DNA from: Marsupella aquatica
Taxonomy: Eukaryota; Plantae; Marchantiophyta
Assembly (NCBI GenBank): GCA_973895155.1
Contig: OZ316892.1
Coordinates: 30,324,932 to 30,388,931, forward strand
Direction: 5' to 3'
Length of the DNA: 64,000 nucleotides
Shown here: one piece after another, positions 34,860 through 46,417 of the stretch
How positions within the stretch are numbered: position 1 is the stretch's first letter
How the letters are laid out: each line of letters begins with the position of its first letter
Notes under the pieces: model-generated
The model's database searches: none
Seen by the model: only the letters and a program-made list of their open reading frames with translations
What the model was told of the DNA's origin: nothing
Made by a program: the position numbers and the translations under genes

Positions 34860-36121
34860 CGGAGGTTATTCGACCCCTCAAGCCATAGTAAAACCGGTAC
34901 CAACCTCCGGCATGAATAAGGCAGTCGATTCCACTATCACAGAGGGTGGGGATGGCGCGGCCCAAGCCGAACTTCTCAATAATAAGGCCGGTATCCCAGA
35001 TCCACCTCTTGAGCAGGCCGGGGAGACCGTAGCCATGGCGGAGGCCGTGGCCGAAGATGAAGCCGAAGCCAAGGGTGGGCCCAATTAGGCCGATGAAAAG
35101 TTGACTCGGTCAGAGGCAGGTAATCTGTCAGAGGATGGACCAACGGCAGTGGTTGCGGAGGGAGCGTTGGGGGCGTCCATTAAGGATCCACCACCAGTGT
35201 CGTGACGGTGCAAGGGCGCCGCTCCTTTTAGGAAGGGCGGACGTGGAGGTAGGAGGCGTGAGTGGGCAGGGCGAGCGCTCATCTCCAAGTTTAGACTTAG
35301 GATCAGGACCAGGAGGCGGTCCTGACACTTGGAGTATGGGATTTCGGATCCACTTGTAGGAGCAACACTTGTGCTCTTGCCTTGCTGTACATAGGTAGAT
35401 TCAGGCAGGTAGATTACTGTAGGTAGGATAGGCTTACGCTGCAAGGAATCAGGCGGACCCACAGCCAGGATAAGTACCTGAGCTGTGGGGAGTTCAGGGC
35501 CTCTTCTTTAGCAAGTTTTTAGTTGCACCAGCTGGGCTGGGATCAAGTAGTAAGAGAAGCTCTCAGTTGGTCATACAGTGACCCTTGTGTATATTCATGT
35601 TTCCTCATGCCTAAGAGCTGAATAGAGTTGGCCTCATGGCTTAGTTCGCAGAGCTTGTGTATGAGATGTACTGTTTGTATGGCAAGCGCATGGTATGACT
35701 CAGTCAGAAGGAGTCATTTTGCTACTTGTGTGTCGCATTAACTTGTGTCAAGAGTGCCCACATCAACCAAGAGGTAAAGGAAAGCAAGCAAGGGAGTGAG
35801 AGTTGGATGTGTCGAGCTGAGAGAGGTCTTAGCGGCTTAACCAAGCCTATTGGGGATCATTCCGGCGGCGGAATCCAAACATACCTAACCGGAAGGAGGG
35901 GAAGACAGGGGAAGGCCTAACTTAGGCCGGCTTTGTATCTCATGACCCGATGAAGGATCTGTCCAGTATATGTGTGTAAAATGTTAATAGAAGTAGAAAG
36001 AAGAATTAGCAGCGTCCCATGCCGCTAAGCCGCGGAAACGACCTCGCCAGGCGCGAAACCTGCGGGAATCGGCTTGTGCAGGGGGGTTTCCTGGGTTTAG
36101 GGAGCCATGGGACGCACCACA
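34860..36121 (+). repeat. 3' part of the B2 5' LTR, including the end of the LTR ORF (stop at 35205)
   Basis: Homologous to the reverse complement of 8320-9600, and ends GGGACGCACCACA. Confidence 0.9.
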
Positions 36122-36125
36122 TTTT

Positions 36126-36143
36126 TGGCGCTAGATGGAGGGG
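36126..36143 (+). other. Primer binding site of B2 (tRNA-Asn-like)
   Basis: TGGCGCTAGATGGAGGGG. Confidence 0.8.
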
Positions 36144-36190
36144 GCATTTCTTAAGCCGTGAGATATGAAGTTAGAAAGGAAGCATAGGTA

Positions 36191-39125
36191 ATGTCTGACC
36201 TTACGCCGAGGGAAGAAAGAGTGATTCAACGGGAGAGAGCTCGACTGCAACAGCTCGCCGGGTGGCATGATACACAGCAACTGAGAGGGGCAGGAAGAGC
36301 TAGTAGCTCCGAAACTGGAAGTGGCATTGAAGAAGAAATACCAGAAGAAGAATCGGTAAGGAGAAGTGAGTCTCCAACCGACATGGGGGAACCAGAGGCA
36401 CGGCCAGACAAGAGGCCAGGGACCAGACTGAGCCAACGGTCGTGCATTCATTACAAGGCATTTCATGGGAGAGGAGATGAGGATCCGGACAAATGGTTGG
36501 ATGACTTCGAGGGAACCGCTGCAGCAAATGGAGAATCGGCCATCAAGATGCAAATTCTTCTCGGCCTGTTCAAAGGTGAGGCTAGGCCATGGTACAGAGC
36601 ATTGGATGTGGAAGATCAAGCCATCTGGAATTCTTTTAGATCACTATTCGTCAAAGAATTTCGACCCATTGGAACTTCAGAGTTAGCAGTGCTGAAGTTG
36701 GGACGACTTCGGTTCAAGGAGAACAAATCCTTCAGGAAGTTCTTGTAACGCTTCCAAAAGTTGGTAAGACGTACAAAGACCAATGCATTTGAAGGTATGC
36801 AACTTCAATGGTTAGTGAATGCTTTGCCACAGAAGATGAGTTTTGCAATTAGGAAGGAGAACCCGGAGACCTTGGCCGAGGCAATTAAGAATATTCAATT
36901 ATACATTAATGCAGATATCACAAGCCGGAAGAAACAACTTAAGTCTGAGAGTTCCTCATCAGAGGAGGGATCGCCCCATAAGAAAAAAGATAAGAGAAAG
37001 AAACATTCTAAGAAGTCAAGAAGTGATAACTCAAGCTCGGATAGTGGAAATAGCAAGAGTGAGTCATCTTCTAGTTCTGAAGAAGAAAAAACTAGGAAAA
37101 GGAAGGGCAGAAGGAGGAGAAAAATGAAAATCAAGCTAGAGGCTAAAACACCAGATAACATCGTGGCCCTTACCGAGCAACTTAAGGCTATAATTGCAGA
37201 GGTGAAGCCGAAGAAGAAGGTAGTACAGGAGGATAGCTCTGTATGGTGTGCCTTATGTTATAAGACCGGACACCATAAAGATGCGTGTCCTAAACTTAAT
37301 GCTAATCATGTTCGGCATGTGGCCGAGATCAGACCGTGTCAGGGAGAGGTAGAGTACTTTTTAGGAGATGTCGCTGATAGTGTTTTCGGCATCAGTGAGA
37401 CTGGAGCACGAGACCTATCCAACAGACCTGCATCTCTATGGTCAGGATTAAGGAACAATCTGGGAGAGATGTATCCTCGGATTATTCAGAACCCGTCAAT
37501 ACCCCCTAGGCCGAATGTACAGAGATTTGCGGCATGCTATAACTGTGGTCAACCTGGCCATTTTGCTAGAGAGTGCTCGAATGCATGCAAACAGGGTGAT
37601 GGACAACCAGCTCAGCTATGTATGGGATGCCGACAGGAAGGTCATATGCTAGGACAATGTCCTACTTGGTTGGCAGGCCTGGCCGCAAATCATAGGCTCT
37701 TGCCAGTCAAGGTCTTACCGCCAGGTACTACCCCCGGAGGAGTTCAAATCAACCACATCGAACTAGGATGGCAAGCGGATGCCGAGGCAGAGTTTGCACC
37801 ATCTGATGATGAGGCCGAAGCCCTATCAACCTTCTCTGAAGAGGATTTAGATCATGATTGCTACCGAGTCTCTACTCGATCTACCAGAAGGAAGGAAAGA
37901 TGGGATGGGCTGGCCAAAAATAAAGCAAGGGTGAAGGAGGAAAAGATCGACTCTTCGTCAACATCAACGGAAGGAGAGGGGAGGGTTCCGGCAACAGAGG
38001 TAAGCCATGAGCCCACCAGTGAACCCAATCCTTCACAAGACAGCGACTTCAATCGAGATCATCCTAAGTTATTCTACCCCTCTGTTACGGCTAGTGTTAA
38101 GGAACAACTGCGAGAATTAGAAACCCTGGAGAATACCAAAGCCATAGCCAAGGATGTGAAACGAGCAAAAGCGTTGTTTGCTTCGGAGGATCCAACAGCT
38201 GTGGAAACTAGCATGGCAAAACAGTCCGAAGCCAAGATAGAGACACCACCGGAGGAGAAGCCGATTGTTCCCTATGACCTGGCTAAAGATGTGCTAGAGT
38301 CTAGAGTCTCGGTAACAGTTGGTCAACTATTGAAAAATAGCCCGTACTTCCGAAAGCAATTAAGAAAGGCGATTCTCGGCAAACCGAGATTACCCAAGGT
38401 AGCAACCAAATCCGACGTGCTGATGATAGAAGAAGATCAAGGAGCCCCAACTTTACCATTAATGATTCAAGGAGAAATATTACTACGGGTACCCATTGAT
38501 GGAGGATCCGAGGTATGTATTATGATTGATTCAACAGCAAAAGGATGGGGTCTAACACCGGAGATGACTAGAAGAGTGCTAAACATGGCCAATGGGTATC
38601 AGGTCATTCCCACGGGAGTGTTAACCGGCATCAAGACAGAGATAGGAGGTATCTTCTTTAGCATTAACTATGTAGTAATGAAGCCGGTAAACCCTACGTC
38701 GTTTCGGCTATTAATTGGCAGGCCATGGTTGTACCTAGCCGAGGTAATAGAAGATTGGGGTAAAAAGCAGTTCACTTTCGGGACCCCCTCTATCACGGTA
38801 TCCTGGGACACTAAGGATGACCGTAGGAAAAGCACAAGGGAAGTAGATGGGTACGACAGTGGACTAGAGTCAGCCAATGAAGTACGTTGGCTAGAATGCC
38901 TCACTGACCTAACCGAAGAAAGTGTCTTTGGACCAGAGGTACCCCCAGTGGATTATGGCATGAACCAATGGGAGGTAACTTGGAAGAAGAAGATGAAGAG
39001 GTCGAGGACTGCTTTACAATAGAATCCACCTTTTTAGTTGCAATTCCGGAGGAAGTAAAGGAGGTAGACCCATCGGATGAAACGACTAAGCGGGGAGCAG
39101 TAGCAGGGACAGTGGATTTTCTGTA
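36191..39125 (+). pseudogene. gag: B2 gag-protease (stop at 36746, frameshift near 38945)
   Basis: ORFs 36191-36748 and 36761-39022 are near-identical in protein to B1 Gag-Pro. Confidence 0.92.
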
Positions 39126-40881
39126 GGCATTGTGGCAGAGCCGACGGGATCCACAACGCCATCGATCATCGGCAAGGAATTAAATACCAAGGGATCGGCA
39201 TACAAGCCGATTACAAGGGCAGAACAAATTGAGGCCCTATTAGAAGTCGGGAGAGCACAGCGACCTGACCCTCAAGAGCAAGAGATGGAGGAGATACATA
39301 AACAGAATCCAGAGCCGAGTCAGGCAGCGAAGCCGACAAATAATTCAAAACCGAACAGACCGGCAAGGGGACAATCTGTGGACAAGAAGGGAGAAACCGA
39401 CTCGGCTAGTACAGCCAAGATTCCAGTTTATGGAGGTATGCGACTGGAGAGACTGGAAGCCGAGCTGGACCCGAATTTGAAAAAGCAGATTAATATGATC
39501 CAAGCACGGCAATATCGGAAGCTCGACTTAGGAGAGGGAAGGGAACTGAACTTAGGGAGGGACCTAGCGCCTGAACTCAAGAAAGAGATCAGTGATTTAC
39601 TGATTGAATTTCAGGATGTGTTTGCATGGAGTCACCAAGATCTGAAGGGAGTAGACCCAAAACTAGGAGAACACCAAATCAATCTCATGCTAGGGGCCAA
39701 ATCATTTCGACAACCAATTCAAAGGATGAACCCGAAGTATTCCCTGTTGGTCAAAACGGAAATCGACAAACTAGTGGAAGCCAGATTCATCACTCCAGTC
39801 CTGCATTCAGACTGGGTGTCTCCAATTGTGATTGTTCCCAAGAAAGCTGGACCTGATGGTAAACCAAAGATCCGGGTTTGTCAGGATTACAGGAAGCTGA
39901 ATGAGGCGACGTTAAAAGACCATTTTCCCTTACCCTTTACTGATATTGTACTAGACATGGTAGCCAGTTGTAGTTTGCCATAGAGAACCAAAAATCACAT
40001 TTTAAAGTCTCTAAACTCGGTATTCGTTCCCTTTAAGAACAAGATGGGGTTGGTTTGATGAAATAAACTAAAAATAAAGTTTTAAGCTCTTGTGTCACAC
40101 ATAGTAATCAATCTTGACTACTTTAATCAGGTACTTTGAAGATCGCTCCACAGCGGTGAGTAGTTTTTGATGATAACTCAACATCAGATAACCATCAATT
40201 AAGCAAAAGGTTGCAATTAACAAAACACAAGGAAAAATCTCTCAGAGTATGCTTAAGGGAGTCTGGAATAGACCAAGGTTACTCCTTAGACATAAGTAAT
40301 AATGGAATAACTTTAAGGGAATCCAAATCCACACGGCTTTTCAGATCTAAACTGCATACTAGAGTATCCTTTTAAAATGCCGGCAACATGTCTTGACCTT
40401 TCTTCCTAAGTGATACTTAGTCAAGATCTAAAAGGATAAATACTTCAGCATTTAGATGGTACTAAGCAACATGAAGGTGAAAACATCATTTCCAATGCAA
40501 CTTAAACTCAATGAGTTAACTCTAAGAACTTGTGAGATTACAATGTGTCACCAAAGCGGAATCTGACATTATAATTCACGAGATTCATAACTGAGGTTTT
40601 ACTTCAAGTATTTGGGTTCCAAAATACAAGAAGGAGGTAAGTCTCTCCAAATGTTAAACCTGATCTCGAACTCATAGATTCATGATCAACTAGTTTAACA
40701 CAAGGGAGAGGCAAAACTGCAAAACTTAACCATCTCTCTACACTAGGGGAAGAGGTATAAATAGTGATGAACTACAGAATAAGAGGTCACAGGGTCGAAG
40801 AGACATGCCTCTTCATAACCCTCAAAAAGTCAAAACGACGATTCAATAAGTGGAAAGCCGGAAAAAAAATGGCTAAGTATG

Positions 40882-40946
40882 AACTCTTAAACTCTTAAAA
40901 ACTTAAACTCTTAAAAACGTAAAAACTTAAACTCTTAAACTCTTAA
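40882..40946 (+). repeat. AAACTCTT-like tandem repeat in the A2 LTR
   Basis: aactcttaaactcttaaaacttaaactcttaaaaacgtaaaaacttaaactcttaaactcttaa. Confidence 0.65.
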
Positions 40947-41151
40947 TTTCAGTATACTAAAAATTGAGTAGATTCAACTATTTTTAACTTTCTACTCCTG
41001 GTTAGGAAAACTCTGAAATTTTTCCAGCAGGGTTTCCTAGGTACAGACTACAGCCTAAAGAAGTATGACAGCTTCTAAAGCTCTAGAACACATTTAGAAA
41101 AATTGGTAAAAGTACTATACTTTTCAATACTAGCTAAAAAGATAGTCTCCT

Positions 41152-43554
41152 TCAAGCTTGTTGTCGAATATCATCGGGTTCGAGCAGCTCCACGTAGGTG
41201 ACAGTCCGATTCTGTGTTACCTCCATCAGCTCAGTCTGACGTGGTGATCCTCGAGAGTAGGGTAGGCACCTTAGTTGTCTCTCAGGATACATCAAAGGCA
41301 TTCGCTTCATCAAATAACAGGAATCTATACGAAGAGCTTCTCTGTATATCCCTAGTACATCATAGTTGTTGCAGGTGGCAGCATATACTTGGGGATAGTG
41401 ATGCAGAAACTCATCACTATTCATCATCCTGGAATAGAAGGGTCGAAGTCTCCACCTGACATCTCTGAAATATCGATTGAAATGAGCTAGAGTCTGAGAA
41501 GTGACATTATTCCAGATCCTCTGTTTCTCAGCCAATGTACTGGTTGAAACAAGGGTAACCTTGGGTTCTCGTGGTATGTAATCGTGCTGTGGAGCAGTAG
41601 ACTTCTTGCTCTGCATCAGGAAGGAAATCACAAAATCTAGGGCATAGGCGGCAAAGTTTCCAAAGTATGCCAGAGCTAGGTCTGGATCCTCTACCTCTAC
41701 ATCACCTTGGAGTAGCATCATAGCAAGAATAGGCCGAAAGTAAATTGAGTCAGTCCAGAACTCATCAAATTGTGCCATTTCCACTCTAGAAGTTCCAAGA
41801 CACCTAAGATCAAAAATGTAGCTTGCCTCAGTCTTCTTTAGATAGTAGTATCTCCAGAACTCTCCAACCGGTGGTCTATTGGCCTGCATTACTTTGCAAG
41901 TGGTGACATACCTGTGTACTTCTGACTCAGGACGTCTAGGGTACCTGCTTGCGATAGTAGCATTCCTGGGGGTTTGGGTAGACGAGGTGATCACTGCTAC
42001 TAGATTTGGATTTGATTTTAGAGCTACATCAATATTCTCAAATCCTTGCCTTGGGGATGACCAAAGAGAATTTTCATAAGACCTAATAGAGTCATCATCT
42101 GAGGGCGGATCAGAGTCTTCGGGAAGATCCCTTCGAACATAAGGATGCTCATACTGTGTCTGATGATAGGACGGTCCTTCGGTGGGTTCATAGTTAGAGT
42201 CAGGGCTGTAAGGGGGAAAACTTCGACTAGGAGAAGGGGTAGCAGTGGGACATCGCTGCACCAGGTTGCTAACTACAGTGACTATCTGCCGAGGGTTACA
42301 CTGTAGTATCTCCAGTAGATCATCCACAATAGCTGCACAGCTAATATTGTCTGTTACTGGAACAAGGTCACCACCTGCTTGAAAGGAGGTCTGTTGGGTA
42401 ACAGGGGTGAGAGTCACATATTCCACTGGTGTTGTCTCTCCTGGAGGAGAGGTCATCCTGATAGGGCTTAACTGATCAGGGAATGGTGACTTCAAACTGA
42501 CAGCTTCCATTCTTAAATCATTGACAGCATCGAAAAGACCATCATCACTGCAACTAAGAAGAGATGTCAACTTATCGACGAGTTGTTGATTCGCTTCTGC
42601 CTTTGGAGGTGTGGATGAGTTGGTCCTTAGATTGATAGTTGCAAGAACGAGTTCAGCAACGTCGGCTGGTTGCTCAGGGAAATCTCTGTCTTCGCCAGCT
42701 CCAGATTCTCTTGTATAAACTCTTGGTGAATACACCATGTTAGCCAGGGGGTGTCGAACCAGCTCTAAGTTATGAGCAGGTGTATCTTCAAATTCCATCT
42801 CAGCATCCACATTCTGATCATGAGAATCCAGGGGAATAGCATCCACTGGTTCTTCCATACTCAGGTCTTCTTCAATGCCTAACTCAATCAAGAGCAGCCC
42901 TCTCTCCGTTCTCTCCTCTGGATATAAACATTCATAAGCATGATAGAGTTGAGACAAATAAACCTGCAGATGAGTGGGTCTACCTGCCTTCATGGTTCTC
43001 ACCTGATCCTTCATCACATTGAAAATTAACAGGGCCCAATTAACCTGGACGGCTCCACTGTGTGCGGCTACAATTGTATTCACCAAAGCCACTGGACAGA
43101 GGGTTGGCTTCTTCGGGTGTAAAATGGGTACTAGAAATTCCAGAAGCACTCTCAAATCTGGATAAGTACACTGTGTCAAATTCCAGCCATTGGTGAGATT
43201 GCGAATCCCAGAGAAGTAGGGTGTAGACAAATCTTTCTTCTTTGAATATAATCCTTCTCCTTCTGAAGGGCAGCGGAAGGCATAAGCAATTTGTTCTACA
43301 GTCCATAAGCTGGGTCGAGCTCTAATAGTTTGTTGACATTCAGGAGCAAGCATTGATCCCTTTACAAAATCCTGCAAATATGTGTCGAGCTCTACTTTCC
43401 AAGGGACGGCAAGTAGATGCTCCAAACCTAGCTGTTGTAAGGAAGTCCGTAAATTTGCATAGCTATCGGGCGCTTGTGGAATTCGGGCGACTATGCTCTT
43501 AGGAATTGCCAGAGTGTCAACTCGGTACTGTTCATCAATACCGAGGTTCGCCAT
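41152..43554 (-). CDS. Intact 800-aa LTR-encoded accessory protein (PMD-like N-terminal domain, disordered linker, conserved C-terminal domain)
   Basis: ATG-to-stop ORF with no lesion. Homologous to 3-1946 and to the D ORF (LEFLVPILHPKKP...VNWA vs FRFIVPILTPDKP...VNWA). Confidence 0.85.
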   Translation of the reverse strand: MANLGIDEQYRVDTLAIPKSIVARIPQAPDSYANLRTSLQQLGLEHLLAVPWKVELDTYLQDFVKGSMLAPECQQTIRARPSLWTVEQIAYAFRCPSEGEGLYSKKKDLSTPYFSGIRNLTNGWNLTQCTYPDLRVLLEFLVPILHPKKPTLCPVALVNTIVAAHSGAVQVNWALLIFNVMKDQVRTMKAGRPTHLQVYLSQLYHAYECLYPEERTERGLLLIELGIEEDLSMEEPVDAIPLDSHDQNVDAEMEFEDTPAHNLELVRHPLANMVYSPRVYTRESGAGEDRDFPEQPADVAELVLATINLRTNSSTPPKAEANQQLVDKLTSLLSCSDDGLFDAVNDLRMEAVSLKSPFPDQLSPIRMTSPPGETTPVEYVTLTPVTQQTSFQAGGDLVPVTDNISCAAIVDDLLEILQCNPRQIVTVVSNLVQRCPTATPSPSRSFPPYSPDSNYEPTEGPSYHQTQYEHPYVRRDLPEDSDPPSDDDSIRSYENSLWSSPRQGFENIDVALKSNPNLVAVITSSTQTPRNATIASRYPRRPESEVHRYVTTCKVMQANRPPVGEFWRYYYLKKTEASYIFDLRCLGTSRVEMAQFDEFWTDSIYFRPILAMMLLQGDVEVEDPDLALAYFGNFAAYALDFVISFLMQSKKSTAPQHDYIPREPKVTLVSTSTLAEKQRIWNNVTSQTLAHFNRYFRDVRWRLRPFYSRMMNSDEFLHHYPQVYAATCNNYDVLGIYREALRIDSCYLMKRMPLMYPERQLRCLPYSRGSPRQTELMEVTQNRTVTYVELLEPDDIRQQA

Positions 43555-43739
43555 AGCTCTCCTCCGTTATGTTGAGTGCACTAAGGAGTGGGGGAGCTGG
43601 CAGAAACAATGGAGATGGCAGTAAATAAGTCAGGAGTGAGCGCTCGAGGTCTAATTCCCCTTCCCTTCAATTCGCGCTCGCCATCCCGTTGCTAAGTCCC
43701 GTTGAAAGTAGCCGTAAGACGTCGCGATCATCGGTTGCC

Positions 43740-44012
43740 AACTCGTAAGGCACAACTCGTAATGCCCTAACTAGTAAGTCGTAACTACTATACTCGTAAC
43801 TCGTATACTGTCGCAAACTAGTAAACTCGCTTACCCGTAACTAGTAGACTCGTGAAGTGGAGCTTACCCGTAACTAGTAAACTCGTGAAGTGGAGCTTAC
43901 CCGTAACTAGTAAACTCGTAAAGTAAGTTTACTTCGCCATCAGTTTACTCGTAAAAGAGTAACCCGTAGACTGGTATACTCGTAATCTGAGTATACTCTT
44001 AAACTCGTAAAC
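43740..44012 (+). repeat. Degenerate ACTCGTAA/ACTAGTAA array with ~32-bp tandem units, upstream of the A2 ORF
   Basis: Unit gcttacccgtaactagtaaactcgtgaagtgga occurs about three times at 43829-43925, plus many aactcgta copies. Confidence 0.75.
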
Positions 44013-45204
44013 TAAAGTAACTTCCCGATATTAACAGTAAGTGTAGTTTAAACAACGTAAAAAAATTTAAAAATTTCAATTTCTTCATACTTCTGGAATT
44101 ACTCACTACTTACACCAGTCATGAACTATATTCATTCATGGATGGGTACTCTGGCTATAACCAAATCAGGATTAGGCAGGAAGACCAAATCAAGACGGCC
44201 TTCATCACGGAATGGGGGATCTATGTCTTCAATCGTATGCCGTTTGGACTCTGCAACGCACCAGCTATGTTCCAACGATTGATGGTGAACATTTTCCATG
44301 ATTACTTGAGAAAGTTCATGGAAATCTTCATTGATGACTTTGCAGTATTCGGGAAGGCATCGAAACATGCTAAATACCTCAGGAAAACCTTCATGAGATG
44401 CAGAGAGGTAGGTCTCAAGTTACAACCAGATAAGTGTTTCTTTGCAGTAACCGAGGGGGTGCTCCTAGGTCACAAGGTATTCAAGGAAGGGCATTGAGAT
44501 TGACAAGGGTAAGCTAGCAGTATGGCTAGATATCATGCAACCTAAGAACATAAAGGATGTAAGATCCTTCTTGGGATGCATTGGTTACTATCGCCGGTTC
44601 ATCAAGGATTTTGCCAAGCTAGCTTTACCATTAACCAACATGCTCAAGGCAGGAGCAGACTTCGAACCCACACCCGAACGAGTAACAGCGGTGGTGGAAT
44701 TGAAGCAGATGTTAGTAGAGGCTCCAGTCATGATAGCACCGGATTGGAACAAAGATTTTCATGTCTTTGTAGATGTCTCAGGCTTCTGTATCGGCTCAGT
44801 ACTAAGTCAGTTGGATGAGAAAGGAAGGGACCATCCCATATACTTCGCAAGCCGTCAGCTTGCCGATGCCGAACGGAACTACTCCACCACAGAGAGAGAA
44901 GCATTAGGAGTCATTTATTTCTGTAAAAAGTTTAGGCATTATTTACTAGGGTACAAGGTAATCTTTCATACCGATCATGAAAGTTTGAAGTACCTAGTCA
45001 ATAAGCCGGACCTTACAGGCAGAGTAGCAAGATGGATTTTGCTATTACAGGAGTTTGACTATGAGCTGAGGATCAAGCCAGGAAAGCTGCACGCCAATGC
45101 CGACTTCTTTTCAAGAATCATAGGTGAACCTGCCACGGATTGCATCGATGATCGATTCCCCGACGAGGAACTATTTGTTGTGGAAATAGCTGATACATGG
45201 TACC

Positions 45205-46404
45205 TGTGGTAAGTGATAATAATTCAAATGTATGTAATTCGTCCTTAATTACCAAGGTTCGGTCCCGTAAGGAATAAGTGAAATGAATTATGCAGGTGTT
45301 TAAACGCTTTTAAACCTCGAAGCGATTTCTTTACTATCTTTTTGATACAAATGATTCTACAACGACATTTCAATGGATTTCAATCTATCATCAAATTTAT
45401 AAATGATTACTTCTTATCAATAGGTAATCTTAATTTTCATTCCTCATCAACTTCCATATACTCAACAGAGATCGGTTTTACGTTGAATGATTCACTACAA
45501 TTCTCTTTTCCCTAGAATCCAAAGCTTTTCTTTATAAATCCATGACTTTATGACATTCATCCATGAACTTGTGATAAATGTTATGATTCAAGTGCAAATG
45601 TGTGGTACAATTCCTCTGGTTCAATCTTCCCTCCTATGCCCAAAACTGGCTTGAGAGAAAGACCCAAAACTGGTCAAAGATTAATTTCCAAGAAAAGACA
45701 ATGAATCATGATCTTGGGAGTCCACTTGTAAGGCTCCCTCAAAAGGTTTAAGATGCCAAAAGGTTTTAGAAGCCTAAAAACCTTTTCTCATCTAAACTTA
45801 GGGTCCTAAAAGGTAAAATAAGTCTAAGACTCTCTATATCTAATTCCTAAAGGTACACTAAACTATGGCCCTCTATATCCTACTCTATCTAACTCATTGG
45901 AAAGCTCAAGAGGTCAGAAAAGAGATAGAAAACGATTTAAGTAACATATGCCAAAACACCTTGGAGAATCGGTTTGGGTTATTCTGAAGCTGGTCTTTTG
46001 GAACCAAACTGAAATTCTCCTTATAGCCCTTGGAAAGAGCTTTCCAACGCACCAAATATCTCCTCAAACCGACATCGGACCGATCCGCAATCGTCCGTCA
46101 AAGTTGCTGCCAAAAGTCTAAACCGATTTTCCAACTTCCAAAGCGATTCTTCAGCCGGTCTTTCTGCAAAGCGATTCTTCTGCTTCCTCCCGGAGCGATT
46201 TGTTTCGGATTTCTTTGAAAGCGATTGTTTGTCTGAAACGATTCTTCCTTCCAAACTCAAACTTCTTAGCTTTCTTCCATAACATTCCTTTGAGGCTTAG
46301 AATGGATTAAGGGGTGACAGATAAACCTAAATAAGCTTCAAGTAAGGTTAAAATGTTTTTAAATGGATCACATTCACTCCGTAGTTCCTTTTTACCTTTC
46401 CACA
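45205..46404 (-). repeat. D 3' LTR (true end either 45205 or 45343)
   Basis: Follows PPT2. The segment 45205-45343 has no counterpart in the 5' LTR. Confidence 0.8.
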
Positions 46405-46417
46405 TAACCCCCTCCTC
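46405..46417 (-). other. D PPT2 (LTR-adjacent)
   Basis: GAGGAGGGGGTTA before TGTGG. Confidence 0.85.

Larger units (their letters stand above)
39969..44114 (-). mobile_element. Family A solo LTR A2 (4146 bp) carrying an intact ORF
   Basis: TGTA...TACA termini and TSD CCAGT (39964-39968, 44115-44119) inside the B2 RT. No internal terminal repeat, PBS, gag or pol seen. Strand assigned from the ORF. Confidence 0.88.
3141..45204 (+). mobile_element. Family B Ty3/gypsy element copy B2 (degenerate host of the nest; integrase and 3' LTR missing)
   Basis: 5' LTR pieces at 3141-6161 and 34860-36121, PBS at 36126, gag-pro from 36191, pol at 39114-39968 and 44120-45204. All pieces are colinear with the B1 minus strand. 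Confidence 0.9.
39114..45204 (+). pseudogene. pol: B2 pol (RT-RNase H), split by the A2 solo LTR and truncated at 45204
   Basis: ORFs 39132-39983, 44138-44497 and 44535-45212 match B1 Pol. The frameshift signal is retained at 39114-39173. Confidence 0.92.
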
